64,000 nucleotides of DNA from Dehalococcoidia bacterium (GTDB lineage: Bacteria > Chloroflexota > Dehalococcoidia > UBA6926), in the NCBI GenBank assembly GCA_963666115.2, contig CAXXET010000007.1, positions 1 to 64,000 on the forward strand, given 5' to 3'. The notes beneath the pieces are model-generated. The model was given only the letters and a program-made list of their open reading frames with translations. It ran no database searches and was not told where the DNA came from. How positions within the stretch are numbered: the first letter of the stretch is position 1; every line of letters starts with the position of its first letter. Below, one piece after another: positions 9,782 to 20,125 of the stretch. A program made the position numbers and the translations under genes.

Positions 9782-10999
9782 CTAGCGCGGGAGGCCAAGG
9801 CCCCGCTGCGCGATGATGTTCTTCTGGATTTCGCGCGTGCCGCCGCCGATGCTCGTGCCGATGGACTGCCAGCCGCGAGCGGGCAGGAAGCCGTCATCAG
9901 GCAGCGCGAAGCGGTCGCCGTTCGTCGGCAGCAGGTTGCCGTACCCGTCCATGATCTGCGCGAGTCCGCGATAGATGTGCTGGAAGAGCTGGTCGCCGAA
10001 GAACTTGACCATCGAGGATTCCTTCTGCGGAATCATGCCCTCGCTCTGCATCCAGCCCACGCGGTAGCACAGGGAGCGCAGCGTCTCGATCTCAATGCGC
10101 CACTCCGCAAGGCGGTGGCGAATCTCCGACCGGTCGATCGGCGTATCGCCGCCCTCGTCGCGCACCATGCCGCACCAGTTGATGAACTGCTCCAGCGTGC
10201 GGAGCAGCTGCGCCGGACGGCCGATATTGGAGCGTTCAAACGAGAGCGTGGTCATGGCCGCGTACCAGCCGCGATTCTCCTCGCCAAGGATATTATTCGC
10301 CGGCACGCGCCAGTTCTCCATGAACAACTCATCCCAGCGGTGATTGTTGGTGCCGTCCTTGATGCCGCGAACCTGGATGCCGGGCATGTAGTTGCCGTCC
10401 TCATCCTTGAGCCGCGCCAGCAAGTACGTGATGCCGCGGTGCTTGGGCGCGTCCGGGTCCGTCCGCACCAGGATATGAATCCAATCGCTCCGGTATGTCC
10501 CCCAGATCTTCTGGCCGCTCACCACGTAGTCGTCGCCGTCACGAACGGCGCGCGTCTTGAGCCCGGCGAGGTCGGAACCGGCGTCCGGCTCCGAGAACCC
10601 CTGCGAGAACTCGATGTCCGCGTTGGCCAAGAGCGGCAGGAACTGCTGCTTCTGCCAGTCCTGCCCGTGAACCATGAGAACCGGCGCCACCAGGCCGCCG
10701 CCGAGCGATGCGGGCGCGTCGTGGTAGGACATCACCTCACGGTACGCAAGCTGCTTTTCAATTGAAGCGTCCTGCCCGCCGTGCTCACTGGGCCAGTGCA
10801 TGGTGTACCAGCCCTTATTGACGAGCTTCTTGGCGAACTGACGGGCAACCTCGTGCCCCGCCTCTCGCTCCTCCTCGTTGCCGTGCCAACCGGCGAGACC
10901 GCCGGTCAGGTCATAGCCGGGATTCTGCCATTCACTCCTGACGAACTGCTCGGCCTCATCACGGATGGCCTGCGCCTCCGCCGAAAATCGAAAGTCCAC
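9782..10999 (-). CDS. Acyl-CoA dehydrogenase family, catalytic (FadE26/FadE29-like) subunit
   Basis: GFSEPDAGSDLA, GQKIW, TTLSFER, GGGTREIQKNIIAQRGLGLPR. Confidence 0.9.
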   Translation of the reverse strand: MDFRFSAEAQAIRDEAEQFVRSEWQNPGYDLTGGLAGWHGNEEEREAGHEVARQFAKKLVNKGWYTMHWPSEHGGQDASIEKQLAYREVMSYHDAPASLGGGLVAPVLMVHGQDWQKQQFLPLLANADIEFSQGFSEPDAGSDLAGLKTRAVRDGDDYVVSGQKIWGTYRSDWIHILVRTDPDAPKHRGITYLLARLKDEDGNYMPGIQVRGIKDGTNNHRWDELFMENWRVPANNILGEENRGWYAAMTTLSFERSNIGRPAQLLRTLEQFINWCGMVRDEGGDTPIDRSEIRHRLAEWRIEIETLRSLCYRVGWMQSEGMIPQKESSMVKFFGDQLFQHIYRGLAQIMDGYGNLLPTNGDRFALPDDGFLPARGWQSIGTSIGGGTREIQKNIIAQRGLGLPR

Positions 11000-11050
11000 A
11001 CCTTCCTCCTTTTGCTTACCCCTTCGTGCAGCGGTTCCGGCTCTGCGGCG

Positions 11051-12253
11051 TTAGCGCGGCAGGCCCAGTCCCCGCTGCGCAATGATCTGGCGCTGCACTT
11101 CAGTTGTGCCGCCGGCGACGCTCAGCGTGCCGGACATGAACGCGCGATTGTTAAGGAAGCCTTCGTTCGGCATGTCAATGCCCTCCTGCGTCGGCAGCAG
11201 GTTGCCGTACTCCTGGAGGCCGCGCGCAAGGGTCTTCATCGTCTTCTGGTACTGCACGTCCGCCCAGAGCTTGCTCATGGAGGATTCCTTCTGGGGAATC
11301 TCGCCGCGGCTCTGCATCCAGCCGACCCGGTAGGCGATCATGCGCAGGGTCTCGATCTCAATGCGAAGATTGGCCATCTGGTTGCGGAAGGGCGCATCAT
11401 CCAGCGGGCTGAAGCCGCGCGTCGCCTTCAACTGGCGGACAAACGCGATGTATTCCTCAATCTGGCGCTGCATTGTGGCGGGCGCCTGGATGTTGGAGCG
11501 CTCGAACGAGAGCGTGGTCATTGCCGTGTACCAGCCGCGGTTCTCCTCGCCGAGGATATACCGCGCCGGCACGCGCCAGTTCTCCATGAACAACTCGTCC
11601 CAGCGATGCCGACCCAGCGCGTCAGGAATCTTGCGCACCTGCACGCCCGGCATGAAGTCGCCCCCCGCGTCCTTGAGCGGCGCGAGCAGGTACGTGATGC
11701 CACGGTGCTTGGGCGCATCCGGATCCGTCCGCACCAGGATATGAATCCACGGATTGCGGTACGTGCCCCAGATCTTCTGACCGCTGATGAGATAGTCGTC
11801 ACCGTCGCGGACGGCCCGCGTCTTGAGCGAACCGAGATCCGAGCCGGCGTCCGGCTCTGAGAAGCCCTGCGAGAACTCAATGTCCGCGTTGGCGATGCCC
11901 GGCAGGAACTCGTCCTGCATCCACTTGGGCGCGGCGAGCATCAGGACCGGCGCGACGAGGCCGCCGCCCAGTGATGCGGGAGCGCCCGCATACGACATCG
12001 CCTCTCGATACGCCAACTGAACCTCGATGGAGGCGTCCTGCCCGCCAAACTCGCTGGGCCAGTGCATCGTCCACCAGCCCTTGTTGACGAGCTTCTTCTC
12101 GAACTCGTTGATGGCCTCCTCGGCCTCATCCACCTGGTGGTGCCAGTTGACCAGGATCTGGGTGTCCCACTTGCCGGGCTCCCATTCATTCCGGGTGAAC
12201 TCGATAGCCTCCTGCTGAATCTGCTGCGCTTCCGGCGTAAATCGGAAGTCCAT
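11051..12253 (-). CDS. Acyl-CoA dehydrogenase family, catalytic-type subunit
   Basis: Same motifs as 9782; start set at MDFRF (12253) by comparison with paralogs. Confidence 0.9.
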   Translation of the reverse strand: MDFRFTPEAQQIQQEAIEFTRNEWEPGKWDTQILVNWHHQVDEAEEAINEFEKKLVNKGWWTMHWPSEFGGQDASIEVQLAYREAMSYAGAPASLGGGLVAPVLMLAAPKWMQDEFLPGIANADIEFSQGFSEPDAGSDLGSLKTRAVRDGDDYLISGQKIWGTYRNPWIHILVRTDPDAPKHRGITYLLAPLKDAGGDFMPGVQVRKIPDALGRHRWDELFMENWRVPARYILGEENRGWYTAMTTLSFERSNIQAPATMQRQIEEYIAFVRQLKATRGFSPLDDAPFRNQMANLRIEIETLRMIAYRVGWMQSRGEIPQKESSMSKLWADVQYQKTMKTLARGLQEYGNLLPTQEGIDMPNEGFLNNRAFMSGTLSVAGGTTEVQRQIIAQRGLGLPR

Positions 12254-12453
12254 GTAATCGATTCCCCCTTTTCCACAACCCGCCGGACGCCGCGTGACGC
12301 CCCGCGAGTTGCCCCCCTGACTCAACTCGTGAACGATAGCACGCGCACGCCGTCAAGGTAAAGCCTCAGCGGGGCGTTCGTTGGTCAACGTCGAATGCCG
12401 CGCGATTCTCCCGATATACTATGACGGTCCAACCCTAAGGAGGCGCGATCTTC

Positions 12454-15400
12454 GTGGAAGAACAATTCTTCAAGAACCCGATTCTGAACTCACCCTATGA
12501 CTACCCGCGGCGCCATTGGCAGCTGCTTGATGGGCAGCCAACGGGAGACATCGTCGAGCACCGGCGGGCAGCCGATTTCATCACGCCCATCCCCAAGCCG
12601 CGCAAGCGGAGCCGAGCACAGCCTGGGCTAATGGTCGACGAAGGCACGGGGCTGTCGACCCAGGACCAGCGTTATGAGGCCGTTGCCGCGCTCATCAGCG
12701 GAATCCGGCAGGAGGTCGACGCATGGAGACAACTCCCGAATGAGCGGGACTGGGGTGTCACGCCCGAAACTGCCCGGCTGCTCAGGCATTGGCGGGACGA
12801 CAGTTTGCGCCAATTCCGCCCATTCTTCTGCCAAGTCGAAGCCGTCGAAACCGTCATCTGGCTAACCGAAGTAGCCCCCAAACAGGGAGCAACGCCTCGG
12901 GTCTTCCTCCAGAACCTGGAGAACGCCAGCCGCGAAGCTAACCCTGAACTCCTCCGCATGGCCCTCAAGTTGGCCACCGGCGCCGGCAAGACAACTGTCA
13001 TGGCCATGCTGATCGCCTGGCAGACCATCAATGCCATCCGCCACCCGGGGAGCAACCGCTTCACCCGGGGATTCCTGGTCGTCACGCCGGGCATCACCAT
13101 TAGGGATCGCCTGCGCGTCCTCCAGCCAAACGACCCGGAGAGTTACTACGATACTCGCGGATTAGTTCCGGAAGACATGCGGCAGGATTTACAGCAGGCG
13201 CACATCATCATCACGAACTTCCATGCGTTGCAGCGCCGCGAGGTTTTCACCATTTCGCGCGGCGGCAAGGCGCTCCTCAGAGGGCGCGGCCCTGACCTCG
13301 AAACTCGCGAGACCGAGGGACAGATGGTCAAGCGGGTCATGCCATCCCTCATGAATATGAAGGGTGTCCTCGTGCTCAATGACGAGGGCCACCACTGCTA
13401 CAGGGAAAAGCCCGGTGAGTCTGAGGAGGGAACTCTGACTCCGGAGGAGCGTGACGAGGCCAAGAAGAACACTGAGCAGGCCCGCGTCTGGATAAACGGC
13501 ATTGAGAGCGTCAAGCGTGTCCTTGGGGTCAGGCAGGTCATTGATCTATCGGCCACGCCCTTCTTCCTGCGCGGCTCCGGCTATGTGGAGGGGACGCTGT
13601 TCCCGTGGACCGTCAACGATTTCTCACTCATGGACGCGATTGAGTCGGGCATCGTCAAGCTGCCGCGCGTGCCTATCGCCGACAACATCCAACGAGACGA
13701 CATGCCACGCTACCGCAACCTCTGGGAGAATATTCGAACGAAGATGCCAAGGAAGGGCCGCGCCCGATCCGGCGACCTTGATCCACTCAGCCTGCCAGTA
13801 GAACTACAAACGGCGCTGGAGGCGTTGTACGGGCACTACGCAAAAACATTCCGCTACTGGCAGGAGGCGGACATCGAGGTCCCACCCTGTTTCGTCATCG
13901 TCTGCAACAACACGGCGACGTCCAAGCTTGTGTATGACTACATCGCGGGCTTCACCCAGCAGACATCTAACGGGACCATACGCGCAGAGCAAGGCCGCCT
14001 GGAGTTGTTCAGGAACTTCGATGAGCAGGGGAATCCCCTCTCACGGCCACACACGCTGCTCATCGACAGCGAACAGCTTGAATCAGGCGATGCGCTGGAC
14101 TCAAACTTCCGCTCTGTGGCCAAAGAGGAAATTGACCGCTTTCGCCGTGAGCGCTTACAGCGTTCCGGCAATCGGGAGGAAGCAGACAACATCTCCGACC
14201 AGGATCTCTTGCGGGAGGTCATGAACACCGTCGGCAAACCGGGAACCCTCGGGGAATCCATCCGGTGCGTGGTTTCAGTATCAATGCTGACCGAGGGATG
14301 GGACGCCAACACGGTTACCCATATTCTCGGCGTGCGCGCCTTCGGAACGCAGCTACTATGCGAACAGGTTGTCGGGCGGGCGCTTCGCCGCAGTTCTTAC
14401 GATCTGAACGAGAACGGGCGATTCGGCGTGCAGTACGCGGACATCCTCGGTGTCCCATTCGATTTCACCAGCAGGCCCGTCATCAGCCCGCCGCAGAAAC
14501 CCGAAAAGACAACGCAAGTCAAATCGATGAGGCCTGAGCGGGATCACCTCGAAATCATTTTTCCTCGCGTTCGCGGCTACCGCGCGGAACTCCCAAAGGA
14601 AGAACTGCGTGCCAGCTTCACGCCCGATTCGACATTCCTGCTGACGCCCGATGTAGTGGGGCCAACCGTTACTCGCGACCAGGCAATTATCGGGGAAGGG
14701 GTCGACCTTACCGTCGTTCACACGGGGAACCTGCGCCTCCCCACCCTTGCGATGCACTTGACCAAGCGGCTCTTGGAGACGAAATTCCGCGACACCAACA
14801 AGGACATCAATCTCAATCTCTACGGACCAGCCCGCAGAATCGTCAGCGAGTGGCTGGAAAACTACCTAGATTGCCGGGGAGGGACGTACCCCGCCCAGCT
14901 GATGTATCAGGAACTCGCGGATCGAGCCTGCAACATCATCATGGACGCTATCAACAGAACCAGGTCGGACGAGCATCCCATCAAGGCCATTCTGGATGCG
15001 TACAACCCAACAGGCTCAACCGCTCACGTGAACCTTACAACGTCGAAGGCGAACCTTTGGGAGACAGCCCCAGACAAGAGCCACGTCAACTATCTCGTTC
15101 TTGACGGTCAGACCGGCGCTTGGGAGGCGGAGTTGTGCCGCGTGGCGGAGTCGAATCCCCGCGTTCGTTCGTACGTCAAAAACCACGGGCTGGGCTTTGA
15201 GGTTCCCTATCGCTCCGGCTCAACGACTCGCAACTACCTGCCGGACTTCATCGTGCTCGTGGATGACGGGCGCGGCAAGGACGATCTGCTGCACCTGGTC
15301 GTTGAGATCAAGGGCTATCGAGGACAAGACGCCAGGGACAAGAAGAGAACCATGGACACATACTGGATACCGGGCGTCAACAATCTTGGGCGCTACGGCC

Positions 15401-15603
15401 GGTGGGCGTTCGCGGAGTTCACGAGCATGTTCGACATTGAGGCGGAGTTCAACAGTGTGATCGAGCAGCAGATTGCGGCGACAGCCTCACCTGAAGACAC
15501 GTCATTTGACACAATGAACTTCAAAGACCTCCTGGCTGCTGCGCCGCTAGACGGCATTAATCTGGAACGATCCCAGACGCCCCCGCGAGACCTCGATCTC
15601 TGA
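12454..15603 (+). CDS. res: Type III restriction enzyme Res subunit (SF2 helicase + PD-(D/E)xK nuclease) with an antitoxin-like C-terminal tail
   Basis: LATGAGKT, DEGH, SATP, TEGWD, QVVGRALR, YLPDF...VEIKG. RBS AAGGAGG and TATACT upstream. Confidence 0.9.
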   Translation: MEEQFFKNPILNSPYDYPRRHWQLLDGQPTGDIVEHRRAADFITPIPKPRKRSRAQPGLMVDEGTGLSTQDQRYEAVAALISGIRQEVDAWRQLPNERDWGVTPETARLLRHWRDDSLRQFRPFFCQVEAVETVIWLTEVAPKQGATPRVFLQNLENASREANPELLRMALKLATGAGKTTVMAMLIAWQTINAIRHPGSNRFTRGFLVVTPGITIRDRLRVLQPNDPESYYDTRGLVPEDMRQDLQQAHIIITNFHALQRREVFTISRGGKALLRGRGPDLETRETEGQMVKRVMPSLMNMKGVLVLNDEGHHCYREKPGESEEGTLTPEERDEAKKNTEQARVWINGIESVKRVLGVRQVIDLSATPFFLRGSGYVEGTLFPWTVNDFSLMDAIESGIVKLPRVPIADNIQRDDMPRYRNLWENIRTKMPRKGRARSGDLDPLSLPVELQTALEALYGHYAKTFRYWQEADIEVPPCFVIVCNNTATSKLVYDYIAGFTQQTSNGTIRAEQGRLELFRNFDEQGNPLSRPHTLLIDSEQLESGDALDSNFRSVAKEEIDRFRRERLQRSGNREEADNISDQDLLREVMNTVGKPGTLGESIRCVVSVSMLTEGWDANTVTHILGVRAFGTQLLCEQVVGRALRRSSYDLNENGRFGVQYADILGVPFDFTSRPVISPPQKPEKTTQVKSMRPERDHLEIIFPRVRGYRAELPKEELRASFTPDSTFLLTPDVVGPTVTRDQAIIGEGVDLTVVHTGNLRLPTLAMHLTKRLLETKFRDTNKDINLNLYGPARRIVSEWLENYLDCRGGTYPAQLMYQELADRACNIIMDAINRTRSDEHPIKAILDAYNPTGSTAHVNLTTSKANLWETAPDKSHVNYLVLDGQTGAWEAELCRVAESNPRVRSYVKNHGLGFEVPYRSGSTTRNYLPDFIVLVDDGRGKDDLLHLVVEIKGYRGQDARDKKRTMDTYWIPGVNNLGRYGRWAFAEFTSMFDIEAEFNSVIEQQIAATASPEDTSFDTMNFKDLLAAAPLDGINLERSQTPPRDLDL

Positions 15604-16016
15604 TGTTTCTCCTGGACACTAACGTCATATCGGACGTGAGACGGCGGGGGCGTGGTGACCCGGGCGTAGCGGAATGGTATGCAAACATCCCTGAAGCGGA
15701 TCTCTTCCTCAGTGTCCTGACAATCGGCGAGGTTCGGCGGGGAATCGAACAATCCCGTCAACGCGGCGACAATCCGCAGGCCGATGTGCTTGAATCATGG
15801 CTTGGTACTGTAAGAGATAAGTTCATGTCGCGTGTCCTGCCAGTTGATGAAGAAGTTGCCGAGACATGGGGACGCATCTCAGCCATCCGGCCGGTGCCCG
15901 TCGAGGACGCGCTGCTGGCCGCAACTGCTATCGTCAACGATTTCACGCTTGTGACTCGCAACACGAAACACGTTCAGGGGCTGGGGGCTCGCATCCTAAA
16001 TCCCTTCACAGGGTAA
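15603..16016 (+). CDS. vapC: VapC/FitB-type PIN-domain toxin
   Basis: MFLLDTNVIS, LSVLTIGE, DALLAATA, LVTRN, LNPF; TGATG stop/start overlap with res. Confidence 0.92.
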   Translation: MFLLDTNVISDVRRRGRGDPGVAEWYANIPEADLFLSVLTIGEVRRGIEQSRQRGDNPQADVLESWLGTVRDKFMSRVLPVDEEVAETWGRISAIRPVPVEDALLAATAIVNDFTLVTRNTKHVQGLGARILNPFTG

Positions 16017-16050
16017 GATGATATGATCGCAAGGTGCCGGGAGGTAAATC

Positions 16051-18888
16051 ATGGCAAGGCGAGCGAAGCCCAAATCCGGCAAGGCGGTGGAAACGCTCAC
16101 TCACGCCGGAGAAAAGCGCCGCAATCTGCCCAGCGCGGAGCATGAGCCGCTGATGCGCGACGAGGACAAGAGCCCGATTCGCCTGGCCCTCGAGCGCCGC
16201 AAACCCGATCTTGACCCCCAATTCGTCTGGCGGGGCAAGTCGGAGAACCCTCTAGAGATCGATGCCCCGCCCCTGTACATCCAGGAGCGCGTGCATCCAA
16301 AGGCGCTGATCGATGATCTAACCCGCGCGAGCAGGCGAGCCGAGCAGGACGCCGCCGACCAGACGCAGAGCGGCTTCGCCGACCTGTTCTCTGATTTCAA
16401 CGGCCTGCCCTCCGAGGACGCCAAGACAGAGTTCTACCAGCATGACGCTAACTGGTCGAACCGCATGATCCTGGGCGACAGCCTGCACGTGATGGCGTCC
16501 CTGGCCGAGCGAGAGGGACTCCGGGGCAAGGTGCAGTGCATCTACATAGACCCGCCCTACGGCATCCGATACAACTCCAACTTCCAGTGGTCCACCACCA
16601 GCCGGGACGTGCGGGACGGCAACAAGGACCACATCACGCGGGAGCCTGAGCAGGTCAAGGCCTTCCGGGACACGTGGCGGGACGACATCCACTCCTACCT
16701 GTCATACCTGCGGGATCGACTCATAATCGCACGCGACCTCCTCTCTGACAGCGGCTCAGTCTTTGTCCAGATAGGCGATGAGAACGTCCACCGAGTGCGC
16801 GCGGTGATGGATGAGGTGTTCGGGGAGAAGAACTGCGTTTCAATTCTGACGATTCAAAAGACCAGTAGTCAGACGGACAAGAATCTCTCTTCAGTCTCTG
16901 ACTATTTGCTATGGTATGCAAGAAATGAACAAATGCTTAAGTTCCGAAGGCCCTTCTTAGAGAAGGGCGCGGATTTTACCGCCGGCGGTCAATATTCTAG
17001 GCTACAAATGCCTGACTTCAGCAGAACACCAATGACGGCTGAACAGCGTTCGAATAGGGCAAGTATCCCTCTCCACGCTAGGGTGTACAGGCACGACACG
17101 TTGACAGCCCAAAGTGGAGGGGAGACTACTGGTTTCGAGTTCATCGACCAAGGTCGTAAATTCAATCCAGGTCGCGGCTTTTGGAAGACGAATTTCACGG
17201 GGCTGACGCGCCTGTCCCGTTCTATGCGTCTAGGACATGCGCGGAACAGTTTGAGCTACATCAGATTCATTGATGATTTTTCCGTCACGCCCATCGGTAA
17301 TCTCTGGACAGACACTCTGACAGGTTCTTTCACGGAGGACAAGATCTACGTTGTTCAGACCGCACAGAAGATCGTCCAACGCTGCGTCCTCATGACTACC
17401 GACCCCGGAGATTTGGTACTTGACCCAACCTGCGGTTCCGGCACAGCGGCCTACGTCGCAGAACAGTGGGGACGCCGGTGGATCACCATCGACACGTCAC
17501 GAGTGGCATTGGCGCTCGCGCGCGCTCGCATCATGGGCGCGCGCTACCCCTACTACTTGCTCGCGGACAGCGCGGACGGGCGGACAAAGGAAGCCGAACT
17601 CTCACAGAAGGACATCGACGAGGCGCCAACGTACGGCAACATCCGGCAGGGATTCGTGTATGAGCGCGTGCCTCACATTACGCTGCGAGACATCGCCAAC
17701 AACGCGGAGATCGACGTCATCTGGGAACAGTATCAGCAGGAGCTGGAACCGCTCAGAACGCAGCTGAACGATTCACTCGGCGAGTCATGGGAGGAATGGG
17801 AGATTCCGCGTGAACCGGAGCCTGACTGGTCTGAGGATGCGCGCGGCGTCCATTCCGAATGGTGGGAGAGGCGCATCGCCCGCCAGAAGGAAATTGATGC
17901 CTCCATCGCGGCCAACGCCGAGTTCGAATACCTCTACGACAAGCCGTACGAGGATCGGGGCAAGGTGCGGGTCGCTGGGCCGTTTACCGTTGAGAGCGTG
18001 TCGCCGCACCGGACTCTCGGTGTCGACGAGAATGGCGACACCTTTGACAGCATCGCTGAGGCGCGGAACGTGTACTCGACAGGGTACGACTTCGGCACGG
18101 CAATCCTGGAGAATCTCAAGCGCTCCGGCGTCCAGCAGGCGCATCGGGAGGACAGGATTGAGTTTTCGTCTCTGACGCCGTGGCCCGGCGACCTGGTGTG
18201 CGCCGATGGCCGCTACATCGAGGGCGGCGCAGGTTCTGCCGACGATAGCGAGCCTGTCACCGGCACAGAGCGTCGCGCGGCCATTTTCATCGGGCCCGAG
18301 TTCGGCACTGTTTCGCGGCCCGATCTTGTCGAGGCGGCGCGCGAGGCTGCCGAGGCGGGTTTCGATGTGCTTATCGCCTGCGCGTTCAATTACGATGCGC
18401 ACTCAACTGAGTTCGAGAGGCTTGGGAGCATCCCCGTCCTCAAGGCGCGGATGAACGCCGATCTCCACATGGCAGACGAGTTGAGCAACACCGGCAGCGG
18501 CAATCTCTTCGTCATTTTCGGCGAACCGGACATCGACGTCCTGGACGCGCCGGACGACCAGATTCAGGTCAGGGTCAACGGTGTGGACGTGTTCCACCCG
18601 AATTCCGGCGAGGTGCGCAGCGACGGCCCAGACGGCATCGCGTGCTGGTTCATCGACACCGACTACAACGAGGAGGCGTTCTTCGTGCGACAGGCCTACT
18701 TCCTCGGCGCAAACGACCCCTACAAGGCGTTGAAGACAACACTCAAGGCGGAGATCAACGAGGAAGCATGGGCATCTCTCCACAGCGCGGTCTCGCGGCC
18801 GTTCGAGAAGCCGGAGACCGGGCGCATTGCCGTGAAGGTTATCAACCACCTGGGCGACGAGGTCATGAAGGTCTACCGCGTTGACTAG
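16051..18888 (+). CDS. mod: Type III RM Mod subunit / site-specific DNA methyltransferase
   Basis: IYIDPPY, VLDPTCGSG, WGRRWITID, C-terminal IAVKVINHLGDEV; RBS GGAGGT. Confidence 0.9.
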   Translation: MARRAKPKSGKAVETLTHAGEKRRNLPSAEHEPLMRDEDKSPIRLALERRKPDLDPQFVWRGKSENPLEIDAPPLYIQERVHPKALIDDLTRASRRAEQDAADQTQSGFADLFSDFNGLPSEDAKTEFYQHDANWSNRMILGDSLHVMASLAEREGLRGKVQCIYIDPPYGIRYNSNFQWSTTSRDVRDGNKDHITREPEQVKAFRDTWRDDIHSYLSYLRDRLIIARDLLSDSGSVFVQIGDENVHRVRAVMDEVFGEKNCVSILTIQKTSSQTDKNLSSVSDYLLWYARNEQMLKFRRPFLEKGADFTAGGQYSRLQMPDFSRTPMTAEQRSNRASIPLHARVYRHDTLTAQSGGETTGFEFIDQGRKFNPGRGFWKTNFTGLTRLSRSMRLGHARNSLSYIRFIDDFSVTPIGNLWTDTLTGSFTEDKIYVVQTAQKIVQRCVLMTTDPGDLVLDPTCGSGTAAYVAEQWGRRWITIDTSRVALALARARIMGARYPYYLLADSADGRTKEAELSQKDIDEAPTYGNIRQGFVYERVPHITLRDIANNAEIDVIWEQYQQELEPLRTQLNDSLGESWEEWEIPREPEPDWSEDARGVHSEWWERRIARQKEIDASIAANAEFEYLYDKPYEDRGKVRVAGPFTVESVSPHRTLGVDENGDTFDSIAEARNVYSTGYDFGTAILENLKRSGVQQAHREDRIEFSSLTPWPGDLVCADGRYIEGGAGSADDSEPVTGTERRAAIFIGPEFGTVSRPDLVEAAREAAEAGFDVLIACAFNYDAHSTEFERLGSIPVLKARMNADLHMADELSNTGSGNLFVIFGEPDIDVLDAPDDQIQVRVNGVDVFHPNSGEVRSDGPDGIACWFIDTDYNEEAFFVRQAYFLGANDPYKALKTTLKAEINEEAWASLHSAVSRPFEKPETGRIAVKVINHLGDEVMKVYRVD

Positions 18889-18917
18889 CAGGAGGCCAAG
18901 AACGGAGCTTGGCCAGA

Positions 18918-20108
18918 CTAGGGGCGGGGCGCGGGGCCGACGACGGTGTACTTCTTGTCTTCGGTTCTCTCAGCAAGCGGGAGGACTTTGACGACGACCC
19001 TGGATAGTCCTACGACCTCTCCGTTGGCATCAAAGCTGTAATCGTCGCCGATTGCGCCGCTCCAGGTGATTCCGTAGAGGCAGTCCCGGAATCCATCGGC
19101 GTCGCTGTCGTCACCAGTCTGTTTGAGGCACTCCGCGGCAATGTAGACATCGTCATATGCAGACCCCAGGTGCCAGGGCAAGGTCACGTAGTCATACCGT
19201 TCCCTAAAGTCTGCGAGCACTTCCTGCGCCTTTTCGTTGTTCGGGTCCAGGTCGGCGGTGATCGCCTTAACGCCCGTCGCCGCGTCGCCGGCAATCTCTA
19301 GCGCAGTCGTTCCCATTGACACGGTCTCGGCGTAGATCGGGCCTGTGTAGCCCAATTCGCGGGCCTGCTTCATGATCGAGCCTGCCGAGAACTCCGACTG
19401 AGGAGCGATGTGAAGCGCGTCCGGGTTGGCCTCGAAGAGCTTGGTCAGATGCACCCTGAAGTCGAGGGTGTCCGACTGGTATCGCTCCGTGGCGACAACC
19501 CGGCCGCCGCGCATTTCAAACTGGGCGACCGAGGTTCGCCGGACGCCCTCCGCGTAGTCCGTGGTCTCCGTGATCGTTGCAAGCGTGCGGATGCCGTCCG
19601 CCCACAGGGTGTTGCCGGTATCGATGCCCACCTGCACGTCGCTGATCTGCGTCCTGAAGATGTAGTCTCCGGCATGGGCGATGTCAGGGTTGCTTGCGAG
19701 GCCGGAAAAGAGGATGACCTGATCTTCCTCCGCCAGGGGGGCGACGGCAAGCATGGCGCCGCTGCATGAAGTGCCAAGGATGATCTTCATGCCGTCGACC
19801 TGCGTGAGCTTGTTGTACGCGGCGATGGCGTCCTGGGCGGCGCATTTTGAATCCTCGACGATGAACTCAAGCGGGCGGCCATCAATGCCGCCTGCTTCGT
19901 TGATTTCGTCACGAGCCATCTGCTTGGCCTGGCTCGCCACCGTGCCGTACGTCTCCCCCGCGCCCGTCAACGATTCCATCACCCCAACCGTGAAGGGCTC
20001 CGCCTGCTGATCATCACCCGCCGGGCTACAGGCGAAGAGGGCAAGCGACAGCATGAGGCCAACAAGGGCAGTCCCAACTCTTGCGCGCCTGTTTATCGGT
20101 AGATTCAT
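18918..20108 (-). CDS. ABC transporter substrate-binding lipoprotein (branched-chain amino acid family)
   Basis: Lipobox-like LALFAC; SLTG...EINEAGGIDGRPLEFIVEDSKC. Start set at ATG 20108. Confidence 0.85.
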   Translation of the reverse strand: MNLPINRRARVGTALVGLMLSLALFACSPAGDDQQAEPFTVGVMESLTGAGETYGTVASQAKQMARDEINEAGGIDGRPLEFIVEDSKCAAQDAIAAYNKLTQVDGMKIILGTSCSGAMLAVAPLAEEDQVILFSGLASNPDIAHAGDYIFRTQISDVQVGIDTGNTLWADGIRTLATITETTDYAEGVRRTSVAQFEMRGGRVVATERYQSDTLDFRVHLTKLFEANPDALHIAPQSEFSAGSIMKQARELGYTGPIYAETVSMGTTALEIAGDAATGVKAITADLDPNNEKAQEVLADFRERYDYVTLPWHLGSAYDDVYIAAECLKQTGDDSDADGFRDCLYGITWSGAIGDDYSFDANGEVVGLSRVVVKVLPLAERTEDKKYTVVGPAPRP

Positions 20109-20125
20109 GCAGGGTTGATGAAAAC

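Noticed and set aside
9494-11860. Long plus-strand ORFs (423 aa, 359 aa; likewise 24274-25917, 32596-33924, 33955-34938, 40406-41962)
   Set aside because: Antisense shadows of real genes caused by high-GC codon bias; no motifs or RBS.
16051-16500. Phase-variable repeat tract in mod
   Set aside because: No simple-sequence repeat found in the 5' region.
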